Assembly (NCBI RefSeq): GCF_009914755.1
Contig: NC_060948.1
DNA length: 64,000 bases
Source of the DNA: the human T2T-CHM13v2.0 reference genome, Homo sapiens
Strand: one strand, 5' to 3'
Positions 42,317-56,509 of this stretch are shown one piece after another. A program made the translations under genes and the position numbers. Numbering within the stretch: the stretch's first letter is position 1; each line of letters starts with the position of its first letter. The notes beneath the pieces are model-generated. The model was given only the letters and a program-made list of their open reading frames with translations, was not told the origin of the DNA and did no database searches.

Positions 42317-45300
42317 GGCCTGGAATAAAGTGGAATGCTACGGTCTCGAATGGAATAAAAATGTATGGAATGGAATGCAATGAAACGGAATCGAATGTCA
42401 TAGAATGTAATGGAATGCAAAAAAATGGAATCCAAAATCATTGACTGGAAAGGCTGGGTGTCGAAAGGAATTGACTCCAACGGAATGGAATCGAATGGAA
42501 TGGAAGTGAATAGAATCGAACTAAATCGAATGGAATGGAATTGATAGGAACGGAATGGAAAGGAATGCAATGATTTGGCATGGAATGGAATCGAATGGCA
42601 TCGAATGGAATGGAATGGAAAAAAATGGAATGGAATGTATTAGAATGTAATGAACTTTAATGGAATGTACTCGAATGGATTCGACTGGAATGGAATGTTC
42701 TGGAAGTGAATGGACTCCAATGGAATGGATTCAAAAGGAATGGAATCGTACGGAATGTAATCTAATGGAATGGAATTAAATGGAAATGAATCAAATTGAA
42801 TAGCACGGAATTGAATTGAATGGAATCGAATGCAATGGAATCTAATGAAACGGAAAGGAAAGGAATGCAATGGAATGGAATGGGATGGAATGCAAAGGAA
42901 TCGAAACGAATGGAATGGAATCGAACTGAAGAGACTGGAATGGAATGCACTGGAATGGAAGGGAGTGTAATGGAAGGTTCTCGAAAAAAATGGAATCGAA
43001 TGGAATGGAATTGAATGGAACGGAATAGAGTCGAATGGAAATGAATGGAATGGAATGGACTAGAGTGAAATGGAATCGAACCACAAGGAATGGACAGGAA
43101 TAGAATGGTCTCGAATTGAATGGAATCGTATGGAATGGCATCAAACGGAATGGAATGGACAGCCACGGAATGGAATGCACTCGAATGCAACGGAGTCGAA
43201 ACTAATGGACTGGAATAGAATGGACTCGACTGGTACGGACTCCAATGGAATGGAATCGAATGGAAGGGAATCGAACGGAATGGACTCGAAGGGAAAAGAC
43301 TGCAATGGAAAGGTCTCGAATGGAATGGAAATTAATGGAATGGAATGGAATCGAATGAAATGGAGTCAAAAGGAATGGAATTGAATGGCAAGAAATCGAA
43401 TGTAATGGAATCGCAAGGAATTGATGTGAACGGAACGGAATGGAATGGAATCCAAAGGAATGGAATAGAATGGAATGGAATCGAATGGAAAGGACTCGAA
43501 TGGAAATCACTCGAATAGAATGCAATTTAATAAAATAGGGTAAATGTAATGGAAAGGAATCGAAACGAAAGGAATGGAGACAGATGGAATGGAATGGGAC
43601 AGAGAGCAATGGTATAGAATGGAATGGAATCATCTGGAATGGAATTGAATGGAATGGAATAATATGAAATGGAATGGAATGGAATGGAATGGAATGGAAT
43701 GGAATGCCCTTGAATTAAATGGACTGGATTCGAACAGAGTGGAATGGAAAGTGTTGAGATAGAATGGAATGGACTCCTTTGGAATGGTCTAGTATGCAAT
43801 GCAATCGACTGGCAGGGAATCAAAAGGAATGTAATGGAATGGATTGGACTGGAATGCAATGGACTCGAATAGATTGGAAACGGAATGCAAAGTAATGGAA
43901 TGGAATAGTATGGAATGGAATGGAAAGGAATGGAGTGGAATAGACTAGAGTGGAATGGAATGGACTGGAAAGCAATGGACTGGAATGGAACTTTCTTGAA
44001 TGGTCTGGAATCAAACGGAATGGAATGCAATGCAATCAAATGGCATGGAATAAAATAGAATGAAAGAGAATCAAATGGAATTGAATCGAATGGAATCGAA
44101 TGGATTGGAAAGGAATAGAATGGAATGGAATGGAATTGACTCAAATGGAATGGACTAGAATGGAATGGATTCGAATGGAAGGCAAAGGAATGGAATCTAT
44201 TGGAATGGACTGTAATGGAATGGAATGGAAGGGATTGGAATGGACTCGAATGGAATGGACTGCAATAGAAAGGATTCGAATGGAATGAAAAAGAATTGAA
44301 TGGAATAGAACAGAATGGAATCAAATCGAATGAAATGGAATGGAATAGAAAGGAATGGAATGAAATGGAATGGAAAGGATTCGAATGGAATGCAATCGAA
44401 TGGAATGGAATCGAACGGAATGGAATAAAATGGAAGAAAACTGGCAAGAAATGGAATCGAAATGAATGGAGTGTTATGGAACGGACTCAAAAGGAATTGA
44501 ATGTAATAGAATGGAGTGGAGTGGACTCGAATATAATGGACTGGAATGGAATGAAATCACATGGAATGGGAACGAATGGAATCGAATGGAAAGGAATCGA
44601 ATGGAAGGGAATGAAATTGAATCAACAGGAATGGAAGGGAATAGAATAGACGGTAATGGAATGGACTCGAATAGAATGGACACGAATGCTCAAATTGAAT
44701 GGACTCGAATGGAATGGAAACGAAAGGAATGTCATCGAATGGAATTGAATCGATTGGAATGAAATCGCATAGAATGGAGTGGAATCAAATGGAATTGAAT
44801 CGAAAGGAAAGGAAGCGAATGGACTGAAATGAAATGGAATGGAATTGAATGGAAAGTAATGCAATGGAATAGAATGGAACGAAATTTCACGGAATGGAAT
44901 CAAACTGAATGGAATCAAATCAATGGAATCAAATCAAATGGAATGGAAAGGAATTGAATGGAGTAGATGGGATTGGATGGGATTGGAATGAAATGTACTG
45001 GAAAGGACTCGAATTTCATGAAACGGAATGGAATGAATTGGAACGGAATGGACTCGAATGGAATGGAATGTCATGGAATGGCATCAAATGGAATGGCATC
45101 AAATGGAATGGAATCGAATGCAATGGAATGCTATGGAATGGAATGGAATGCATTGGAATGGAATGTCCTCTAATGGAATGGATTCGAGTGGAATGGAATT
45201 GAATATAATGGAGTCGAATGAAATGGAATTGAAAGGAATGGGATCGAATACAATGGAATATACTGGAATGTAATGTAATGAACTCGAATGTAATTGACTG

Positions 45301-45813
45301 GAATGGAATGTACATGAATGGAATGTAATCGAATGGAAAGTAATCCAATGGAATAGAATCTAATGCAATAAAATCGACTCAGATAGAGTAGAATGTAATG
45401 GAATGGAGTGCAGTGCAATGGAATGGAATGGAATGGAATGGAATGGAATGGGATGGAATGGTATGGAATGGATAGTAATGGACTGGAGTGAAATGGACTG
45501 GAAAGGAATGGACTCAAATTGAAAGGGCTCGAAAGGAATGGAGTCAAATGGAATGGTCTGGAATGGAATGAACACGAATGTAATGCAATACAATAGAATG
45601 GAATCGAATGGCATGGAATATAAAGAAATGGAATCGAAGAGAATGGAAACAAATGGAATGGAATTGAATGGAATGGAATTGAATGGAATGGGAACGAATG
45701 GTGTGAAATTGTATGCAGTAGAAGGGAATAGAATAGAATGCAAGCGAAAGGAAAGAATGGATTGGAATGGAATGGAATTCATTGGAATGGAAGGGAATGT
45801 AGTGTAATGGACA
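42317..45813 (+). repeat. DYZ1 unit U13 (3497 bp)
   Basis: Landmark spacing; small deletions near 43540, 44580, 45420 and 45754. Confidence 0.9.
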
Positions 45814-48800
45814 GGCCTGGAATAAAGTGGAATGCTACGGTCTCGAATGGAATAAAAATGTATGGAATGGAATGCAATGAAACGGAATCGAATGTCATAG
45901 AATGTAATGGAATGCAAAAAAATGGAATCCAAAATCATTGACTGGAAAGGCTGGGTGTCGAAAGGAATTGACTCCAATGGAATGGAATCGAATGGAATGG
46001 AAGTGAATAGAATCGAACTAAATCGAATGGAATGGAATTGATAGGAACGGAATGGAAAGGAATGCAATGATTTGGCATGGAATGGAATCGAATGGCATCG
46101 AATGGAATGGAATGGAATGCAATGGAATGGAATGTATTAGAATGTAATGAACATTAATGGAATGTACTCGAATGGATTCGACTGGAATGGAATGTTCTGG
46201 AAGTGAATGGACTCCAATGGAATGGATTCGAAAGGAATGGTATCGAACAGAATGGAATCTAATGGAATGGAATTAAATGGAAATGAATCAAATTGAATAG
46301 CACGGAATTGAATTGAATTGAATGGAATCGAATGCAATGGAATCTAATGAAACGGAAAGGAAAGGAATGGAATGGAATGGAATGGGCTGGAATGGAAAGG
46401 AATCGAAACGAATGGAATGGAATCGAACTGAAGAGACTGGAATGGAATGCACTGGAATGGAAGGGAGTTTAATGGAAGGTTCTCGAAAATAATGGAAGCA
46501 AATGGAATGGAATTGAATGGAACGGAATAGAGTCGAATGGAATTGAATGGAATGGAATGGACTAGAGTGAAATGGAATCGAACCACAAGGAATGGACAGG
46601 AATAGAATGGTCTCGAATTGAATGGAATCGTATGGAATGGCATCAAACGGAATGGAATGGACAGCCACGGAATGGAATGCACTCGAATGCAATGGAGTCG
46701 AAACTTATGGACTGGAATAGAATGGACTCGACTGGTACGGACTCCAATGGAATGGAATCGAATGGAAGGGATTCGAACGGAATGGACTCGAAGGGAAAAG
46801 ACTGCAATGGAAAGGTCTCGAATGGAATGGAAATTAATGGAATGGAATAGAATCGAATGAAATGGAGTCAAAAGGAATGGAATCGAATGGCAAGAAATCG
46901 AATGTAATGGAATCGCAAGGAATTGATGTGAACGGAACGGAATGGAATGGAATCCAAAGGAATGGAATAGAATGGAATGGAATCGAATGGAAAGGACTCG
47001 AATGGAAATCACTCGAATGGAATGAAATTTAATAAAATAGGATCAAATGTAATTGAATGGAATGGAAAGGAATCGAAACGAAAGGAATGGAGACAGATGG
47101 AATGGAATGGAACAGAGAGCAATGGTATAGAATGGAATGGAATCATCTGGAATGGAATTGAATGGAATGGAATAATATGAAATGGAATGGAATGGAATAG
47201 AATGGAATGCCCTTGAATTAAATGGACTGGAATGGAATGGACTCGAACAGAGTGGAATGGAAAGTGTTGAGATAGAATGGAATGGACTCTTTTAGAATGG
47301 TCTAGTATGCAATGCAATCGACTGGCAGGGAATCAAAAGGAATGTAATCGAATGGATTGGACTGGAATGCAATGGACTCGAATAGATTGGAAACGGAATG
47401 CAAAGGAATGGAATGGAATAGTATGGAATGGAATGGAAAGGAATGGAGTGGAATAGACTAGAGTGGAATGGAATGGACTGGAAAGCAATGGACTGGAATG
47501 GAACTTTGTTGAATGGACTGGAATCAAACGGAATGGAATGCAATGCAATCAAATGGCATGGAATAAAATAGAATGAAAGAGAATCAAATGGAATTGAATC
47601 GAATGGAATCGAATGGATTGGAAAGGAATAGAATGGAATGGAATGGAATTGACTCAAATGGAATGGACTAGAATGGAATGGATTCGAATGGAAGGCAAAG
47701 GAATGGAATCTATTGGAATGGACAGTAATGGAATGGAATGGAAGGGATTGGAATGGACTCGAATGGAATGGACTGCAATAGAAAGGATTCGAATGGAATG
47801 AAAAAGAATTGAATGGAATAGAACAGAATGGAATCAAATCGAATGAAATGGAATGGAATAGAAAGGAATGGAATGAAATGGAATGGAAAGGATTCGAATG
47901 GAATGCAATCGAATGGAATGGAATCGAACGGAATGGAATAAAATGGAAGAAAACTGGCAAGAAATGGAATCGAAATGAATGGAGTGTTATGGAACGGACT
48001 CAAAAGGAATTGAATGTAATAGAATGGAGTGGAGTGGACTCGAATATAATGAACTTGAATGGAATGAAATCACATGGAATGGGAACGAATGGAATGGAAT
48101 GGAAAGGAATGGAATCGATTGGAAAGGAATCGAATGGAAGGGAATGAAATTGAATCAACAGGAATGGAAGGGAATAGAATAGACGGTAATGGAATGGACT
48201 CGAATAGAATGGACACGAATGCTCAAATTGAATGGACTCGAATGGAATGGAAACAAAAGGAATGTCATCGAATGGAATTAAATCGATTGGAATGAAATCG
48301 CATAGAATGGAGTGGAATCAAATGGAATTGAATCGAAAGGAAAGGAAGCGAATGGACTGAAATGAAATGGAATGGAATTGAATGGAAAGTAATGCAATGG
48401 AATACAATGGAACGAAATTTCACGGAATGGAATCAAACTGAATGGAATCAAATCAATGGAATCAAATCAAATGGAATGGAAAGGAATTGAATGGAGTAGA
48501 TTGGATTGGATGGGATTGGAATGAAATGTACTGGAAAGGACTCGAATTTCATGAAACGCAATGGAATGAATTGGAACGGAATGGACTCGAATGGAATGGA
48601 ATGTCATGGAATGGCATCAAATGGAATGGCATCAAATGGAATGGAATCGAATGCAATGGAATGCTATGGAATGGAATGGAATGCATTGGAATGGAATGTC
48701 CTCTAATGGAATGGATTCGAGTGGAATGGAATCGAATATAATGGAGTCGAATGAAATGGAATTGAAAGGAATGGGATCGAATACAATGGAATATACTGGA

Positions 48801-49372
48801 ATGTAATGTAATGAACTCGAATGTAATTGACTGGAATGGAATGTACATGAATGGAATGTAATCGAATGGAAAGTAATCCAATGGAATAGAATCTAATGCA
48901 ATAAAATCGACTCAGATAGAGTAGAATGTAATGGAATGGAGTGCAGTGCAATGGAATGGAATGGAATGGAATGCAATGGAATGGAATGGAATGGAATGGA
49001 ATGGAATGGGATGGAATGGTATGGAATGGATAGTAATGGACTGGAATGAAATGGACTGGAAAAGAATGGACTCAAATTGAAAGGGCTCGAAAGGAATGGA
49101 GTCAAATGGAATGGTCTGGAATGGAATGAACACGAATGTAATGCAATCCAATAGAATGGAATCGAATGGCATGGAATATAAAGAAATGGAATCGAAGAGA
49201 ATGGAAACAAATGGAATGGAATTGAATGGAATGGAATTGAATGGAATGGGAACGAATGGAGTGAAATTGTATGCAGTAGAAGAGAATAGAATGGAATGCA
49301 AGCGAAAGGAAAGGAATGGATTGCAATGGAATGGAATTCATTGGAATGGAAGGGAATGTAGTGTAATGGACA
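45814..49372 (+). repeat. DYZ1 unit U14 (3559 bp)
   Basis: Landmark spacing; first unit with ATAATGGAAGCAAAT and CTTAT variants. Confidence 0.9.
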
Positions 49373-52300
49373 GGCCTGGAATAAAGTGGAATGCTACGGT
49401 CTCGAATGGAATAAAAATGTATGGAATGGAATGCAATGAAACGGAATCGAATGTCATAGAATGTAATGGAATGCAACAAAATGGAATCCTAAATCATTGA
49501 CTGGAAAGGCTGGGTGTCGAAAGGAATTGACTCCAATGGAATGGAATCGAATGGAATGGAAGTGAATAGAATCGAACTAAATCGAATGGAATGGAATTGA
49601 TAGGAACGGAATGGAAAGGAATGCAATGATTTGGCATGGAATGGAATCGAATGGCATCGAATGGAATGGAATGGAATGCAATGGAATGGAATGTATTAGA
49701 ATGTAATGAACATTAATGGAATGTACTCGAATGGATTCGACTGGAATGGAATGTTCTGGAAGTGAATGGACTCCAATGGAATGGATTCGAAAGGAATGGA
49801 ATCGAACGGAATGGAATCTAATGGAATGGAATTAAATGGAAATGAATCAAATTGAATAGCACGGAATTGAATTGAATGGAATCGAATGCAATGGAATCTA
49901 ATGAAACGGAAAGGAAAGGAATGGAATGGAATGGAATGGGCTGGAATGGAAAGGAATCGAAACGAATGGAATGGAATCGAACTGAAGAGACTGGAATGGA
50001 ATGCACTGGAATGGAAGGGAGTGTAATGGAAGGTTCTCGAAAATAATGGAAGCAAATGGAATGGAATTGAATGGAACGGAATAGAGTCGAATGGAATTGA
50101 ATGGAATGGAATGGACTAGAGTGAAATGGAATCGAACCACAAGGAATGGACAGGAATAGAATGGTCTCGAATTGAATGGAATCGTATGGAATGGCATCAA
50201 ACGGAATGGAATGGACAGCCACGGAATGGAATGCACTCGAATGCAATGGAGTCGAAACTTATGGACTGGAATAGAATGGACTCGACTGGTACGGACACCA
50301 ATGGAATGGAATCGAATGGAAGGGATTCGAACGGAATGGACTCGAAGGGAAAAGACTGCAATGGAAAGGTCTCGAATGGAATGGAAATTAATGGAATGGA
50401 ATGGAATCGAATGAAATGGAGTCAAAAGGAATGGAATCGAATGGCAAGAAATCGAATGTAATGGAATCGCAAGGAATTGATGTGAACGGAACGGAATGGA
50501 ATGGAATCCAAAGGAATGGAATAGAATGGAATGGAATCGAATGGAAAGGACTCGAATGGAAATCACTCGAATAGAATGCAATTTAATAAAATAGGATCAA
50601 ATGTAATTGAATGGAATGGAAAGGAATCGAAACGAAAGGAATGGAGACAGATGGAATGGAATGGAACAGGGAGCAATGGTATAGAATGGAATGGAATCAT
50701 CTGGAATGGAATTGAATGGAATGGAATAATATGAAATGGAATGGAATGGAATGGAATGGAATGCCCTTGAATTAAATGGACTGGAATGGAATGGACTCGA
50801 ACAGAGTGGAATGGAAAGTGTTGAGATAGAATGGAATGGACTCTTTTGGAATGGTCTAGTATGCAATGCAATCGACTGGCAGGGAATCAAAAGGAATGTA
50901 ATCGAATGGATTAGACTGGAATGCAATGGACTCGAATAGATTGGAAACGGAATGCAAAGGAATGGAATGGAATAGTATGGAATGGAATGGAAAGGAATGG
51001 AGTGGAATAGACTAGAGTGGAATGGAATGGACTGGAAAGCAATGGACTGGAATGGAACTTTCTTGAATGGACTGGAATCAAACGGAATGGAATGCAATGC
51101 AATCAAATGGCATGGAATAAAATAGAATGAAAGAGAATCAAATGGAATTGAATCGAATGGAATCGAATGGATTGGAAAGGAATAGAATGGAATGGAATGG
51201 AATTGACTCAAATGGAATGGACTAGAATGGAATGGATTCGAATGGAAGGCAAAGGAATGGAATCTATTGGAATGGACTGTAATGGAATGGAATGGAAGGG
51301 ATTGGAATGGACTCGAATGGAATGGACTGCAATAGAAAGGATTCGAATGGAATGAAAAAGAGTTGAATGGAATAGAACAGAATGGAATCAAATCGAATGA
51401 AATGGAATGGAATAGAAAGGAATGGAATGAAATGGAATGGAAAGGATTCGAATGGAATGCAATCGAATGGAATGGAATCGAACGGAATGGAATAAAATGG
51501 AAGAAAACTGGCAAGAAATGGAAACGAAATGAATGGAGTGTTATGGAACGGACTCAAAAGGAATTGAATGTAATAGAATGGAGTGGAGTGGACTCGAATA
51601 TAATGGACTGGAATGGAATGAAATCACATGGAATGGGAACGAATGGAATGGAATGGAAAGGAATGGAATCGAATGGAAAGGAATCGAATGGAAGGGAATG
51701 AAATTGAATCAACAGGAATGGAAGGGAATAGAATAGACGGTAATGGAATGGACTCGAATAGAATGGACACGAATGCTCAAATTGAATGGACTCGAATGGA
51801 ATGGAAACGAAGGAATGTCATCGAATGGAATTGAATCGATTGGAATGAAATCGCATAGAATGGAGTGGAATCAAATGGAATTGAATCGAAAGGAAAGGAA
51901 GCGAATGGACTGAAATGAAATGGAATGGAATTGAATGGAAAGTAATGCAATGGAATAGAATGGAACGAAATTTCACGGAATGGAATCAAACTGAATGGAA
52001 TCAAATCAATGGAATCAAATCAAATGGAATGGAAAGGAATTGAATGGAGTAGATTGGATTGGATGGGATTGGAATGAAATGTACTGGAAAGGACTCGAAT
52101 TTCATGAAACGGAATGGAATGAATTGGAACGGAATGGACTCAAATGGAATGGAATGTCATGGAATGGCATCAAGTGGAATGGCATCAAATGGAATGGAAT
52201 CGAATGCAATGGAATGCTATCGAATGGAATGGAATGCATTGGAATGGAATGTCCTCTAATGGAATGGATTCGAGTGGAATGGAATCGAATATAATGGAGT

Positions 52301-52940
52301 CGAATGAAAAGGAATTGAAAGGAATGGGATCGAATACAATGGAATATACTGGAATGTAATGTAATGAACTCGAATGTAATTGACTGGAATGGAATGTACA
52401 TGAATGGAATGTAATCGAATGGAAAGTAATCCAATGGAATAGAATCTAATGCAATAAAATCGACTCAGATAGAGTAGAATGTAATGGAATGGAGGGCAGT
52501 GCAATGGAATGGAATGGAATGGAATGCAATGGAATGGAATGGAATGGAATGGAATGGAATGGAATGGAATGGAATGGGATGGAATGGTATGGAATGGATA
52601 GTAATGGACTGGAATGAAATGGACTGGAAAAGAATGGACTCAAATTGAAAGGGCTCGAAAGGAATGGAGTCAAATGGAATGGTCTGGAATGGAATGAACA
52701 CGAATGTAATGCAATCCAATAGAATGGAATCGAATGGCATGGAATATAAAGAAATGGAATCGAAGAGAATGGAAACAAATGGAATGGAATTGAATGGAAT
52801 GGAATTGAATGGAATGGGAACGAATGGAGTGAAATTGTATGCAGTAGAAGAGAATAGAATGGAATGCAAGCGAAAGGAAAGGAATGGATTGCAATGGAAT
52901 GGAATTCATTGGAATGGAAGGGAATGTAGTGTAATGGACA
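49373..52940 (+). repeat. DYZ1 unit U15 (3568 bp)
   Basis: Landmark spacing. Confidence 0.9.
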
Positions 52941-55900
52941 GGCCTGGAATAAAGTGGAATGCTACGGTCTCGAATGGAATAAAAATGTATGGAATGGAAT
53001 GCAATGAAACGGAATCGAATGTCATAGAATGTAATGGAATGCAAAAAAATGGAATCCAAAATCATTGACTGGAAAGGCTGGGTGTCGAAAGGAATTGACT
53101 CCAATGGAATGGAATCGAATGGAATGGAAGTGAATAGAATCGAACTAAATCGAATGGAATGGAATTGATAGGAACGGAATGGAAAGGAATGCAATGATTT
53201 GGCATGGAATGGAATCGAATGGCATCGAATGGAATGGAATGGAATGCAATGGAATGGAATGTATTAGAATGTAATGAACATTAATGGAATGTACTCGAAT
53301 GGATTCGACTGGAATGGAATGTTCTGGAAGTGAATGGACTCCAATGGAATGGATTCGAAAGGAATGGAATCGAACGGAATGGAATCTAATGGAATGGAAT
53401 TAAATGGAAATGAATCAAATTGAATAGCACGGAATTGAATTGAATGGAATCGAATGCAATGGAATCTAATGAAACGGAAAGGAAAGGAATGGAATGGAAT
53501 GGAATGGGCTGGAATGGAAAGGAATCGAAACGAATGGAATGGAATCGAACTGAAGAGACTGGAATGGAATGCACTGGAATGGAAGGGAGTGTAATGGAAG
53601 GTTCTCGAAAATAATGGAAGCAAATGGAATGGAATTGAATGGAACGGAATAGAGTCGAATGGAATTGAATGGAATGGAATGGACTAGAGTGAAATGGAAT
53701 CGAACCACAAGGAATGGACAGGAATAGAATGGTCTCGAATTGAATGGAATCGTATGGAATGGCATCAAACGGAATGGAATGGACAGCCACGGAATGGAAT
53801 GCACTCGAATGCAATGGAGTCGAAACTTATGGACTGGAATAGAATGGACTCGACTGGTACGGACACCAATGGAATGGAATCGAATGGAAGGGATTCGAAC
53901 GGAATGGACTCGAAGGGAAAAGACTGCAATGGAAAGGTCTCGAATGGAATGGAAATTAATGGAATGGAATGGAATCGAATGAAATGGAGTCAAAAGGAAT
54001 GGAATCGAATGGCAAGAAATCGAATGTAATGGAATCGCAAGGAATTGATGTGAACGGAACGGAATGGAATGGAATCCAAAGGAATGGAATAGAATGGAAT
54101 GGAATCGAATGGAAAGGACTCGAATGGAAATCACTCGAATAGAATGCAATTTAATAAAATAGGATCAAATGTAATTGAATGGAATGGAAAGGAATCGAAA
54201 CGAAAGGAATGGAGACAGATGGAATGGAATGGAACAGGGAGCAATGGTATAGAATGGAATGGAATCATCTGGAATGGAATTGAATGGAATGGAATAATAT
54301 GAAATGGAATGGAATGGAATGGAATGGAATGCCCTTGAATTAAATGGACTGGAATGGAATGGACTCGAACAGAGTGGAATGGAAAGTGTTGAGATAGAAT
54401 GGAATGGACTCTTTTGGAATGGTCTAGTATGCAATGCAATCGACTGGCAGGGAATCAAAAGGAATGTAATCGAATGGATTAGACTGGAATGCAATGGACT
54501 CGAATAGATTGGAAACGGAATGCAAAGGAATGGAATGGAATAGTATGGAATGGAATGGAAAGGAATGGAGTGGAATAGACTAGAGTGGAATGGAATGGAC
54601 TGGAAAGCAATGGACTGGAATGGAACTTTCTTGAATGGACTGGAATCAAACGGAATGGAATGCAATGCAATCAAACGGCATGGAATAAAATAGAATGAAA
54701 GAGAATCAAATGGAATTGAATCGAATGGAATCGAATGGATTGGAAAGGAATAGAATGGAATGGAATGGAATTGACTCAAATGGAATGGACTAGAATGGAA
54801 TGGATTCGAATGGAAGGCAAAGGAATGGAATCTATTGGAATGGACTGTAATGGAATGGAATGGAAGGGATTGGAATGGACTCGAATGGAATGGACTGCAA
54901 TAGAAAGGATTCGAATGGAATGAAAAAGAGTTGAATGGAATAGAACAGAATGGAATCAAATCGAATGAAATGGAATGGAATAGAAAGGAATGGAATGAAA
55001 TGGAATGGAAAGGATTCGAATGGAATGCAATCGAATGGAATGGAATCGAACGGAATGGAATAAAATGGAAGAAAACTGGCAAGAAATGGAATCGAAATGA
55101 ATGGAGTGTTATGGAACGGACTCAAAAGGAATTGAATGTAATAGAATGGAGTGGAGTGGACTCGAATATAATGGACTGGAATGGAATGAAATCACATGGA
55201 ATGGGAACGAATGGAATGGAATGGAAAGGAATGGAATCGAATGGAAAGGAATCGAATGGAAGGGAATGAAATTGAATCAACAGGAATGGAAGGGAATAGA
55301 ATAGACGGTAATGGAATGGACTCGAATAGAATGGACACGAATGCTCAAATTGAATGGACTCGAATGGAATGGAAACGAAAGGAATGTCATCGAATGGAAT
55401 TGAATCGATTGGAATGAAATCGCATAGAATGGAGTGGAATCAAATGGAATTGAATCGAAAGGAAAGGAAGCGAATGGACTGAAATGAAATGGAATGGAAT
55501 TGAATGGAAAGTAATGCAATGGAATAGAATGGAACGAAATTTCACGGAATGGAATCAAACTGAATGGAATCAAATCAATGGAATCAAATCAAATGGAATG
55601 GAAAGGAATTGAATGGAGTAGATTGGATTGGATGGGATTGGAATGAAATGTACTGGAAAGGACTCGAATTTCATGAAACGGAATGGAATGAATTGGAACG
55701 GAATGGACTCAAATGGAATGGAATGTCATGGAATGGCATCAAGTGGAATGGCATCAAATGGAATGGAATCGAATGCAATGGAATGCTATCGAATGGAATG
55801 GAATGCATTGGAATGGAATGTCCTCTAATGGAATGGATTCGAGTGGAATGGAATCGAATATAATGGAGTCGAATGAAAAGGAATTGAAAGGAATGGGATC

Positions 55901-56509
55901 GAATACAATGGAATATACTGGAATGTAATGTAATGAACTCGAATGTAATTGACTGGAATGGAATGTACATGAATGGAATGTAATCGAATGGAAAGTAATC
56001 CAATGGAATAGAATCTAATGCAATAAAATCGACTCAGATAGAGTAGAATGTAATGGAATGGAGGGCAGTGCAATGGAATGGAATGGAATGGAATGCAATG
56101 GAATGGAATGGAATGGAATGGAATGGAATGGAATGGAATGGAATGGGATGGAATGGTATGGAATGGATAGTAATGGACTGGAATGAAATGGACTGGAAAA
56201 GAATGGACTCAAATTGAAAGGGCTCGAAAGGAATGGAGTCAAATGGAATGGTCTGGAATGGAATGAACACGAATGTAATGCAATCCAATAGAATGGAATC
56301 GAATGGCATGGAATATAAAGAAATGGAATCGAAGAGAATGGAAACAAATGGAATGAAATTGAATGGAATGGAATTGAATGGAATGGGAACGAATGGAGTG
56401 AAATTGTATGCAGTAGAAGAGAATAGAATGGAATGCAAGCGAAAGGAAAGGAATGGATTGCAATGGAATGGAATTCATTGAAATGGAAGGAAATGTAGTG
56501 TAATGGACA
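52941..56509 (+). repeat. DYZ1 unit U16 (3569 bp)
   Basis: Landmark spacing; near-identical to U15. Confidence 0.9.
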
